64,000 nt of DNA, taken from positions 1,024,001 through 1,088,000 of the forward strand of contig CBDCDC010000001.1 in assembly GCA_965215195.1 (NCBI GenBank). Reading direction: 5' to 3'. Made by a program: the position numbers and the translations under genes. This DNA comes from Candidatus Latescibacterota bacterium. Its GTDB lineage: Bacteria > Latescibacterota > UBA2968 > UBA8231. Below, one piece after another: positions 20,127-28,922 of this stretch. The notes beneath the pieces were generated by a model, which saw nothing but the letters and a program-made list of their open reading frames with translations, had not been told where the DNA came from and searched no databases. The stretch's first letter is position 1, and each line of letters starts with the position of its first letter.

Positions 20127-21086
20127 ATGGAACGCCTACGCAAACTCATGCGGCACAACGACGCCGGAATCGCCTTGTCCGCGGGGTTGCTGTTTGTGGG
20201 ATGTGCGCTCAGCTCGGAGAGCTTTCTGTCGGCGTACAACCTCTTCAATATCTCGCGGGTCGTTGCGTTTTCGGTGTTGGTGGCGCTGGCGCAGGCGGTG
20301 GTGCTGGTCGCCGGGGGGATGAACCTATCCGTGGGGGCCATCGGCGGCTTGGCGACCATCACCACTGGATACTGCATCCAAGTGTTGGGCCTGCCGGGGT
20401 GGTTAGCGGCGCTGGTGGCACTGGGGATCGGGGGCGCGGCCGGGTGGGTCAACGGGGTCGTCATCACGCGGTTGCAGATCAATTCCTTTATCGCCACGCT
20501 GGCTACGCTTTTTGTCTTTACAGGGCTGGTGCATGGGTTTTCCGAAGGCTACGCCTACACGGACATCCCGCGGGAATTCACGTTTTTGGGGCGGCAGAAG
20601 TTTTTGGGGCTGTCGAATTTGTTCTGGACGATGGGGCTGGTGCTGCTGGCGACTCACTACGCATTCCGGCACACGGTCTTTGGGCGGCGGCTGTTGGCGA
20701 CCGGGGGGAATCAGGAGGCCGCTAGGTTGGCCGGGATCCATACCGAGCGGATGATTTTGCTATCGCACGTGCTGTCGGGCGGCGTGGGTGCGCTGGCTGC
20801 GGTGTTGTGGGTGTCGCGGATGGGCTCGGCGCAACCGGCGACGGGCAAGGATTGGCTGATAACCAGCTTTGCGGTGGCTATTGTCGGCGGGACTGGGCTG
20901 GCCGGCGGGCGCATCTCGGCACTGGGCCTGCTGCTGGGGGCGGTTATCATCGTCCTCATCAAGAACGGCTTGGTGATGCTGGAGGCCAATGTGTACTACG
21001 AGCAGGCGTTTCTGGGGTCGATCATCCTGTTGGCCGTGGTAGTGAGTCGGGTGCGGGAGCTGTACGGTGGGCGGGGCGGAGCGTGA
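20127..21086 (+). CDS. Sugar ABC transporter permease (RbsC-like)
   Basis: GGMNLSVG, NSFIATL, ATGGNQEAARLAGI, IVGGTGLAGGR. Confidence 0.93.
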   Translation: MERLRKLMRHNDAGIALSAGLLFVGCALSSESFLSAYNLFNISRVVAFSVLVALAQAVVLVAGGMNLSVGAIGGLATITTGYCIQVLGLPGWLAALVALGIGGAAGWVNGVVITRLQINSFIATLATLFVFTGLVHGFSEGYAYTDIPREFTFLGRQKFLGLSNLFWTMGLVLLATHYAFRHTVFGRRLLATGGNQEAARLAGIHTERMILLSHVLSGGVGALAAVLWVSRMGSAQPATGKDWLITSFAVAIVGGTGLAGGRISALGLLLGAVIIVLIKNGLVMLEANVYYEQAFLGSIILLAVVVSRVRELYGGRGGA

Positions 21087-21147
21087 GGGTTGTGAATTGG
21101 CCCCACCTCACTTAGGCTGAATCCACTTGGAAGGGTAAAGGAGTGCC

Positions 21148-22200
21148 ATGAAGGTCCTCATCACCGGCGGTACCGGCTATATCGGCAGTCATGCAGCGGT
21201 TGAATTGTTGAAGGCCGGCAACGACGTAGTACTGTTTGACAACTTCTCAACCAGCACGTCGCAGGTCGCCGCCGCCATTGGGGCCATTGCCGACCGCGAG
21301 ACCCCGCTCATCGTCGGCGATGTCCGCGACCTTGGCGCGTTGAACGCGGCGTTTGAAACGGACGCCTTCGATGCTGTCTTGCACCTCGCCGGTGCCAAGG
21401 CGGTCGGCGAGTCGGTCGCGTTTCCCCTTGCGTACTACGACAACAACGTCTGCGGTACCGTGCGCCTGCTCGAATGCATGGCGGCGCACGACGTCAAAAC
21501 CCTCGTTTTTAGCTCGTCAGCGACCGTGTACGGGGTCCCGGAGAGGATGCCCATTGGTGAGGATAGCCGGCTGGCACCGACCAATCCCTACGGACGCAGC
21601 AAGCTGATCGTCGAGAACATGCTCAAAGACCTGCATCGCGCCGACGGGTGCTGGCGCATCTCAATTTTGCGCTACTTCAATCCGGTGGGGGGCCACGCCA
21701 GTGGCCAACTCGGCGAGGACCCATGCGGAGTCTCCAGTAATTTGATGCCGTGTATTGGGCAGGTAGCCCTAGGGCGGCAACCGCATTTAGCCATCTTTGG
21801 CGACGACTATCCCACGCCAGACGGGACCTGCATACGCGACTACATCCACGTGGTCGATCTGGCCAAGGGGCACCTGCAAGCGCTGGCATTCCTCGCCGCC
21901 GGTCCCAAGCTGGCTATCCACAATCTCGGCACCGGAGTGGGGTATAGCGTAAGAGAGGTCGTCCGCGCCTTTGAGGCCGCGTCGGGACGCCCCATCCCTT
22001 GCAAGGTTGTAGGGCGACGCCCCGGCGATATTGCCGCGTGCTATGCGGACCCGTCGCGGGCTTGGGAGGAACTGGGGTGGAAGGCCGCATTCGGGCTCGA
22101 ACAAATGTGCCAAGACGCTTGGCATTCTCTATGCGGCCAGAATTTTGGTGGGGCCAGCGCGTCGCACAAATTTGGACGCCCGCCGACTGCAAAAACATAG
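21148..22200 (+). CDS. galE: UDP-glucose 4-epimerase
   Basis: TGGTGYIGSH, KAVGES, FSSSATVYG, YGRSK, LRYFNPVG, DGTCIRDYIHV. Confidence 0.92.
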   Translation: MKVLITGGTGYIGSHAAVELLKAGNDVVLFDNFSTSTSQVAAAIGAIADRETPLIVGDVRDLGALNAAFETDAFDAVLHLAGAKAVGESVAFPLAYYDNNVCGTVRLLECMAAHDVKTLVFSSSATVYGVPERMPIGEDSRLAPTNPYGRSKLIVENMLKDLHRADGCWRISILRYFNPVGGHASGQLGEDPCGVSSNLMPCIGQVALGRQPHLAIFGDDYPTPDGTCIRDYIHVVDLAKGHLQALAFLAAGPKLAIHNLGTGVGYSVREVVRAFEAASGRPIPCKVVGRRPGDIAACYADPSRAWEELGWKAAFGLEQMCQDAWHSLCGQNFGGASASHKFGRPPTAKT

Positions 22201-22296
22201 GATCACATACATATTTTGCACATGTTAAACACTTGGAGTGGTCCAATGATCTTCGGCAAAGAATTGTTGCAACAGGCTCAATGCCCTGAGTGGATG

Positions 22297-22612
22297 TCAC
22301 TCGGACAGGCTTTTCTCCAGTGCTTGCGCGATCCAGCTATTCAGGCTTAGGCCGCTCTCCGCCGCCGAGTGCGCAACGCGCTTATGTAAGTCTGGTCCGA
22401 GCCGCACGTTGAGCTTGCGGCTCGATGCCGTCTTCCTCACAGGACTTGAGATATTCGTCGATGGAGCGGTGGAACTCGCGCCGAATCCCCTCGACGTCGG
22501 TTGCTTCAAAGGTGGCAATCGGATAAGCACCGCTGTTGACGACCCGTCCGTGAAGGCGGCCCACGGAATCGTCGAATTCGACCTCGGCGGTGTATCCCTT
22601 GTAGTTCATCAT
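22297..22612 (-). pseudogene. hicB: HicB-family antitoxin, frameshifted
   Basis: N-terminus MMNYKGYTAEVEFD...EEDGIEP and C-terminus KLNVRLGPDLH...SLNSWI lie in different frames; the usual RKPFSG linker is missing. Confidence 0.8.
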
Positions 22613-22665
22613 GGCTTGACTCCTACGGCTTTGAGGAACGCGGCGATGTCGCGCACCGTGAGGTC
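22609..22665 (-). pseudogene. hicA: C-terminal remnant of HicA toxin
   Basis: TVRDIAAFLKAVGVKP* with ATGA overlap onto hicB. Confidence 0.6.
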
Positions 22666-22674
22666 CATCACATC

Positions 22675-22734
22675 CTGTTCGGACGCTGGGACGAGGATGA
22701 GTTCGCCCAGATTCAGCAGAAGATCGATTCCGAA
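22675..22734 (+). pseudogene. Fragment of a small (VapB-like) antitoxin
   Basis: LFGRWDEDEFAQIQQKIDSE resembles the C-termini of antitoxins paired with PIN toxins. Confidence 0.4.
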
Positions 22735-22758
22735 ATGCGAGATATCCCTCAGAGACGG

Positions 22759-23103
22759 ATGGCGACCAAGGACAACGACATACGCGCTATCGTCTCGTGT
22801 CTGTTGACTTGTGATCCCTATAGGGTCGTGCTTTTCGGCTCCTATGCCTTGGGGACGGAGGGGATGGGCAGCGATATTGATCTATTGGTCATCCTCGATT
22901 CTGAGGTCATCTCACAGACCTATCAGGAAAGAATGAAAAGAAGGCTTACAGTGAGGGACAGTATCCAAGAGATCAATAAACAGATTCCTATTGACCTCAT
23001 CGTCTATACTAAAGCCGAGTACGAACTTCTGCAGAGGCATGGCACTTCTTTTTTGAACGAGATAGAACGTTTAGGGAAGACGTTGTATGAAAAGGCAAGC
23101 TAA
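22759..23103 (+). CDS. Minimal nucleotidyltransferase (MNT) antitoxin
   Basis: LFGSYALG....SDIDLLVI, PIDLIVYT. Confidence 0.88.
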   Translation: MATKDNDIRAIVSCLLTCDPYRVVLFGSYALGTEGMGSDIDLLVILDSEVISQTYQERMKRRLTVRDSIQEINKQIPIDLIVYTKAEYELLQRHGTSFLNEIERLGKTLYEKAS

Positions 23104-23521
23104 GGCGTGGCTGGATTCGGCTCGCGATGACTTGGGGGTTGTAGAAGAAATCATCAACCGCGACGACCTGACGCACATGGTTGCCTTCCACTGCCAGCAG
23201 GCGGTCGAGAAATCGTTCAAAGCTGTTCTCGAAGAGTACGAGCAAACCGCACCAAGAGTCCATGACCTGATCACGCTCCGCCATCAGACTGAAAAGTATA
23301 TCAGGCTCGAGGTAGAATCGAAGCTTCTGAACCAATTGAATGAACTGTACATCGATGCGAGGTATCCCTCGGATTTCGGGCTACTCCCGGGCGGAAAACC
23401 ACCAAAGGAACTAGCCCAGAAGATGTACCATCTCGCTCGAAAGTTCGCTAGTACGCCCCCTCCTCTCCCGGCTCGCCCTCCTCTGGATAGAGCACTACCC
23501 GCACGTAGCGGTCCATGTTGA
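23087..23521 (+). CDS. HEPN-domain toxin (C-terminus probably truncated, reads into the convergent gene)
   Basis: FHCQQAVEKSFKA, HDL, YIDARYP; Pro-rich tail is antisense to the protease 3' end. Confidence 0.82.
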   Translation: MKRQAKAWLDSARDDLGVVEEIINRDDLTHMVAFHCQQAVEKSFKAVLEEYEQTAPRVHDLITLRHQTEKYIRLEVESKLLNQLNELYIDARYPSDFGLLPGGKPPKELAQKMYHLARKFASTPPPLPARPPLDRALPARSGPC

Positions 23522-26306
23522 AATAGTTCTGCGCGGCCTGCTGCACTGCTTCCACCGTCAGGGAATCGACCAACGCTGGATACTGAATCAGCAGCCGCGG
23601 ATCGATCCCGTGGAAGTTGAGCGACGCCAGAGACCCGACCCAGAAGCTGTTTTCCTCGAGGTCTGTCTCGCGCTGGCGCTTGCGCATTTCCTTGACCTTA
23701 TCGACGTAGAGGTCGGTGGTGCCGACGGTTTTTAGGCTGTCGATCTGCTCAAAGACCACCTGCGTCAGCTCCTCGACGCGCTCGGGATCGCTGCCGAAAT
23801 TGATGGAGATGCGGTACTTCTCGTCTGGGTAGCGCGAACCGCTGGCGTTGATCCATACCCCATAGGTGCCGCCCAAGTCCTCGCGCAACACCTCGCGCAG
23901 CTTGATCTGCAGCACCGAGGCCATGGCCCGGAGTTCGAGGTTGTTTTTCCAGCCGTCGTATGCAAAGGGGCCGGTGAAAATCAGCCGCGATTGGCTCTTG
24001 GGTTCGATGCCGCGATAGACCGCTTTGTCGATCACGCCCTGCGGGGCCTCAATGCCGACATCGCGCCAAGTCTCCTCTCGTCCCGTGGTCGGCAAGCCGC
24101 CCAAGTAGGTGCATACCAGCGGCTCCATGTCTTCGAGGGTGAAGTTGCCGACAAAGAAAAACGAGAAGTCGCCGGCGTCGGCAAAGCGATCTTGGTAGAT
24201 GGCCATGGACGTGGCCAAGTCCATCTCGTCGAGCAATTCCAGCGACCAAGGGCGCGCCCGGTGGTGATACTGGGCCATGGTGACCGCAATGGTATCGCCG
24301 AAAGCCGTCTCCGGGCGCGCGCTGCGATTCTGGATGGAGCCTCTCATGCGCGTCTGATAGGCTTGGAAGGCCGTGCTGTCTTGGCGCGGCGCGGTGAAGA
24401 AGGCGTAGATCAGCTCGAACATGGTTTGGATGTCTTCGGGCGAGGCCGAGCCAGAAATGCCCTCCCGCAAGCTGCTGATCCACGGCGATACCCGCACCAC
24501 TTTGCCGGCCAGTTTCTTCTCGAGGGCGATCTTGTCAAACGGCCCCACCCCGCCTTCGCTCACCACCGAGGTCGCCGTTGAGGCCGCCACGTAGGAGGCG
24601 TCGGGGACCAGCGAGTGCCCGCCGGGGCTATAGGCCCGGAAGAGGATTTCGTCGTTTTTGAAGTCCGTTGGCTTCAGGCAGACCCGGAGGCCGTTGGCGA
24701 GGGTCCACCACGTTGCGCCGATCGCGGGGATTTGGCTGCGGGCGACGATTTCAGCCGGAGCTGGCACTTGCGCCACGAGCGGCTCGTCGGACACCTCGTC
24801 GGCGTACGGCGCGATTTCCTGCTGCGCCACCCGGTCAAAGATCGCCAGCAAATCCCGCTCGCTGGGCACGGCAATGCCCTCTTGCTCGGGTGCCTCCACA
24901 GTGATCACGCGGTTTTTTTCGCTCGTCCACTCGCTGGCCAGCGCATTGACCGCGGCCAGCGCAATGCCGGGCACCAGTTCTTGGTAGAGTTCGTACTCCT
25001 TAGCAATGCCGGGGATGGCCTCGTCGGTCAGCAGATGGCGCACGTATTCGGCGGCAAAACCGCTCGACTGCTGCTTGTCGCGCTCGCGGTAGGACTGCTC
25101 CATGCCGCGCAGCATTTCCTTTTTCTCGCGCTCCAGCTCGGAGGCCGTAAAGCCGTATTCCCGCACCCGCGCTGCTTCGATCAGTAGGGCTTCAAGGCCA
25201 GCGTCGAAACCATTGTTTGGCACCGCAGCGCCGAGGATAAAAAACTCCTTGGAGCGCAGCCAGCGCCCCTGCCCGGAATAGGCCCCCAAAAAGGGCGGCT
25301 CGGGCCGCTTGGTCAGCTCGTGCAGGCGCTGGTTGAACATCCGGTGATATAGGGCCTCAATCAGCGAGCGGCGGTACGTGCTCACCGTCCCTTGGGGCCG
25401 CACGTCCATTTTGTAGTAGATGCTGACGCTGTTGTACGTGGCTTCTGGGTCGGAGGCAATGGCGAAGAGCGTCTCCTCGTGGTCGGGCACGGGGAACACC
25501 GTGCGCTCGCGGGGGCTTGCGGCCGCCGGGATGCGCGCAAAATACTCCTGCACCAGGGCCTCTATGGCCGCTGGCTCCATGTCGCCGACGGCCACAAAAC
25601 CCATCAAGTCGGGCCGATACCAGGTTTGGTAAAAGCGGCGCAGGGCCTCGTGCTGGAAGGTGTCGAGCACGGCCTTCTGGCCGATGGGCAGGCGCACGGC
25701 GTAGCGCGAATTTTTGAGGAGGATGGGCAGTTGCTCGTCGAACATGCGCTGCTGAGCGCCGCGCCGCAGCCGCCACTCTTCGACGACCACGCCCCGTTCC
25801 TTGTCGATTTCCTCGGCCTCAAAGCTGATCTGGTGCGCCCAGTCCTCCAAAATTTGGAAGGCTGTATGTACCACCTCGGTGCTGTCGGTGGGCACGGTCA
25901 GCATGTACACGGTCTCGTCGAAGCTGGTGTACGCATTGAGGTCCGGCCCAAAGCGCATGCCGATTAGCTCCAAGTAGTCAATTAGCTCCTGCTTGGCAAA
26001 GTTTTTGGTGCCGTTGAAGGCCATGTGCTCGGCAAAGTGCGCCAGCCCCTGCTGGTCTTCGTCCTCCAGCACCGAGCCGGCATTGACCACCAGCCGCAGT
26101 TCGACCCGGTTTTCGGGCTTTTGGTTTTTGCGAATGACGTAGCGCAGGCCGTTGTCTAGCTGGCCGACCGTCACCAGCGAATCAATGGGCAGCTTTTCTG
26201 CGGTCGTTTTCTCCAGCGCGGCCTGCTGCACGGGCTTCGGCGACGTGCTGACGCAGGCGCACAGCAGCACTGGAAGTACAACGAACAGCATTAAAATGCG
26301 TCTCAT
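23448..26306 (-). CDS. M16 family zinc protease (PqqL-like) lipoprotein
   Basis: GLAHFAEHMAFNGT (HxxEH), NAYTSFDET, LREDLGGTY; lipobox LCAC. Confidence 0.93.
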   Translation of the reverse strand: MRRILMLFVVLPVLLCACVSTSPKPVQQAALEKTTAEKLPIDSLVTVGQLDNGLRYVIRKNQKPENRVELRLVVNAGSVLEDEDQQGLAHFAEHMAFNGTKNFAKQELIDYLELIGMRFGPDLNAYTSFDETVYMLTVPTDSTEVVHTAFQILEDWAHQISFEAEEIDKERGVVVEEWRLRRGAQQRMFDEQLPILLKNSRYAVRLPIGQKAVLDTFQHEALRRFYQTWYRPDLMGFVAVGDMEPAAIEALVQEYFARIPAAASPRERTVFPVPDHEETLFAIASDPEATYNSVSIYYKMDVRPQGTVSTYRRSLIEALYHRMFNQRLHELTKRPEPPFLGAYSGQGRWLRSKEFFILGAAVPNNGFDAGLEALLIEAARVREYGFTASELEREKKEMLRGMEQSYRERDKQQSSGFAAEYVRHLLTDEAIPGIAKEYELYQELVPGIALAAVNALASEWTSEKNRVITVEAPEQEGIAVPSERDLLAIFDRVAQQEIAPYADEVSDEPLVAQVPAPAEIVARSQIPAIGATWWTLANGLRVCLKPTDFKNDEILFRAYSPGGHSLVPDASYVAASTATSVVSEGGVGPFDKIALEKKLAGKVVRVSPWISSLREGISGSASPEDIQTMFELIYAFFTAPRQDSTAFQAYQTRMRGSIQNRSARPETAFGDTIAVTMAQYHHRARPWSLELLDEMDLATSMAIYQDRFADAGDFSFFFVGNFTLEDMEPLVCTYLGGLPTTGREETWRDVGIEAPQGVIDKAVYRGIEPKSQSRLIFTGPFAYDGWKNNLELRAMASVLQIKLREVLREDLGGTYGVWINASGSRYPDEKYRISINFGSDPERVEELTQVVFEQIDSLKTVGTTDLYVDKVKEMRKRQRETDLEENSFWVGSLASLNFHGIDPRLLIQYPALVDSLTVEAVQQAAQNYFNMDRYVRVVLYPEEGEPGEEGAY

Positions 26307-26355
26307 GTTGGGCTCCTGTTTAAGTGGTCAATAGCCGATTTATTCATTCTTGAAT

Positions 26356-26570
26356 TCAACTGGTAGCAAAGATACCAAATGTACGCCCTGAAGAAAGCCG
26401 GGCATGATCCGCAGCGCAGCGCCCTCGACGATTTCTCGTCAGTTGCGGCGCAATCAAGGGCGGCGCGGCTATCGCCCCCGCCAAGCTCATCAGCAAGCGT
26501 TGGCACGTCGTCGCCACAAGGCGAAGGCGACCAAGATGACGGCGGCGGTCATCGAGCGCATCGAAGCGGC
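26356..26570 (+). pseudogene. IS30-family transposase N-terminal (HTH) remnant
   Basis: QRYQMYALKKAGH and STISRQLRRNQGRRGYRPRQAHQQALARR in different frames; no DDE domain follows. Confidence 0.75.
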
Positions 26571-26896
26571 GACAAAAAGCACTGCCCAACCGCGTCGTCG
26601 GCACGCACCGTAGCGCAATCGCAACACGGCTGTTTCGCCTATACTACACTGCATCGCCTACAAAGCGCCGTCGTTCAGGGCGCGAGATGATTTAAGCGAT
26701 TGGCCCGCATTTTGTTTGCATAAGCCATGTAGCCGATTATCTTTGACCCAATACCAAAGGATGCCCACCATTTATAGATGCGGTCACGTGCTCTTCTGTA
26801 CCAACCCCACCTTATCGCTCCACAAGCGCAAAATCCGCGCTGACTCGCGCAACAAATGCACGTATAGAGAGCCCTTCTCCAGCCGCTCCCGCTGAT

Positions 26897-28906
26897 ATGT
26901 TGAACATTATTTTCATGGCCGTTGCTGCGGCGTTGCTGAGCGGCGTCGATCCGCTGCGGGCCGAGACCCGCACCTTGGTTTTCGGACGGGGCGGAGTCCC
27001 TTGGGACGAGCTGGGTGAGCGAGTCGTCGGCTTGGAGACGGCCGATGGTGCCCTACAGCCCCTCGAACTCTTGTCGCACCAGAATATCATCGCCGGCCCC
27101 CGCACGGAAAGCGGTGAATACACCACGATTCTGGGCAGCACTTGGCAGCTAGGCAAGCAGCCCAAAAGGGACGATTTTGAACTGGGGGTGACGCCGCGCT
27201 TCTGGACCAGTATCCTGCCCCTCTACCACACGGCCCCCTTTCAGGTCATCGACGGCGATCTCGCTACGGTGACCAAGCTGCGCTGGTCTAGAATAGGTGG
27301 GGGGCGCCGGGAAGACATATATACTTTCGACTTTGCGTTTCCCATTCCCATAAACCGCGTGGTATTCTATCCCCCGGCTACCGGACTGGACGAAGCCGGG
27401 GGCTTGAGAAAGCAGCGTTTCCCCCGGGCCTATGAAATATCGAGTGCCAGAGAACCGGTGGATTTTCTTCTGCTCAGCGAAGAAGATAGACCGCGCACCT
27501 TAGAGCACGTACTGTCCCGCACCTTTGTCAACTCCGACCGCGTCATAGATGTCCGCTTTCCCGCGCAGATTCTGCGCTTTTTGCGCCTTTCCTTCAATCT
27601 GATCGAACAGGTGTACATGCTGAGCGAGATTGAGGTGTATGGCGAGGGTTTTGCGCCGGAGACTAGTTACCGCACGTCGGTTATCGACTTGGGAGCGCCG
27701 GTGAATTTCGGGCGCATTTTTTGGCAGTTTGAAAAGTTCCGCAAAACGCCAAGCCAACCAGAACCTATTCCGTCCCCGGACGCGCCCATCAGCTTGGTGC
27801 TGGAAACTCGCAGCGGCAAGGACGATACCCCCAAGGCGCATTACATCATCAGCGACATCGGTACAGAGCGGAAAGTAGAAGAAGCGGTTTACAATAAGGC
27901 GCTGGAGAAATCGCCCTTTGTCCAAGGAGACCGCCCCGGGGACAAGTCGTCGATCAAGCTCGACGAGCAAAACTGGAGTTTCTGGTCCACGCCCTACGAC
28001 CGTTCCGGCCAGTTGCTCCGCTCGCCGGACGCACGGCGCTATATGCAGCTTCAGTTCAATATGGTAGGCGAGGATTTCCACACCTTCGGCCAAGTACAAT
28101 CCGTAGCGATTGAGTACTCGCCGCTGCTTGTGGAGTCCCTCGTCGGCGAGGTGGGTTTGGCCGGGGAGGGAGGCGAGGTGCCCGAAGTGCCCGCTGGCGA
28201 GGAGACGACATTTATCTACGACGTCTTGGCTAGTTTCGGCCGCGACGGCCAGCTAGGCTTTGATGCGATCAGACTCAATACCGCAGCCGCAGCCGAGTTC
28301 GTCAAGCTGGAGATTGGACAGCCGCTAGAGAAAATAGTCCCCGACAGCGTCCGCTTCGCCAACGGGGTTCTAGCGGTGTATTTTCCCTCGCACAAGGTGG
28401 TGCGCGCCGCTGGCGAGGAGCATCTGCGGCTGACCTTTCGCACGGCCTTGTTGGATTTTACTACCCACTTCCTCGGCGAGGTATTGGACCTGACCGGGGA
28501 GAACCTGCCCCAGTCAATTGATCCGGGCGACGCGAGTGCAGCGCTCACTAGCGACGACATCCGCGTTTTCGCCACGGGGACCGCCCTAGAGGCGCTCTCC
28601 GCGCTCGCGTTGACTACGTCGGTCCTGACGCCCAACGGCGACCGCATCAACGACGAACTCGACATTGCCTTCACGCTACTGGGCGTCGAAGACACCGCCA
28701 CCGAAGTTGGCGTCTATGCGCTTGCCGGCCAGCGGGTCAGGACCTTGGTGCGCGGGAAATTCAACAAGGGTTTGTACACTGAGCAATGGGACGGGCGCGA
28801 CGATCGCGGGGCGTTGGTCCCGCCGGGCATGTACCTCCTGCACGTAAAGGTAGATGCCGACAAGGAAGCATCAGAGCAATTTCGCTCGGTCTCGGTGGCG
28901 TATTGA
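26897..28906 (+). CDS. Secreted discoidin-like + FlgD-Ig protein (subtype A)
   Basis: Signal peptide; FPAQILRFLRL, EIEVYGEGF, WSFWS, LTPNGDRIND, WDGRD..G..VPPGMY. Confidence 0.78.
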   Translation: MLNIIFMAVAAALLSGVDPLRAETRTLVFGRGGVPWDELGERVVGLETADGALQPLELLSHQNIIAGPRTESGEYTTILGSTWQLGKQPKRDDFELGVTPRFWTSILPLYHTAPFQVIDGDLATVTKLRWSRIGGGRREDIYTFDFAFPIPINRVVFYPPATGLDEAGGLRKQRFPRAYEISSAREPVDFLLLSEEDRPRTLEHVLSRTFVNSDRVIDVRFPAQILRFLRLSFNLIEQVYMLSEIEVYGEGFAPETSYRTSVIDLGAPVNFGRIFWQFEKFRKTPSQPEPIPSPDAPISLVLETRSGKDDTPKAHYIISDIGTERKVEEAVYNKALEKSPFVQGDRPGDKSSIKLDEQNWSFWSTPYDRSGQLLRSPDARRYMQLQFNMVGEDFHTFGQVQSVAIEYSPLLVESLVGEVGLAGEGGEVPEVPAGEETTFIYDVLASFGRDGQLGFDAIRLNTAAAAEFVKLEIGQPLEKIVPDSVRFANGVLAVYFPSHKVVRAAGEEHLRLTFRTALLDFTTHFLGEVLDLTGENLPQSIDPGDASAALTSDDIRVFATGTALEALSALALTTSVLTPNGDRINDELDIAFTLLGVEDTATEVGVYALAGQRVRTLVRGKFNKGLYTEQWDGRDDRGALVPPGMYLLHVKVDADKEASEQFRSVSVAY

Positions 28907-28922
28907 GAGCGGGGATAGCACG

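Noticed and set aside
22229-22289. 'SNDLRQRIVA' resembling an IS630 transposase N-terminus
   Set aside because: Too short, with no supporting flanks
26669-26684. CGTCGTTCAGG shared with about 45447
   Set aside because: An 11-bp match is plausible by chance in GC-rich DNA
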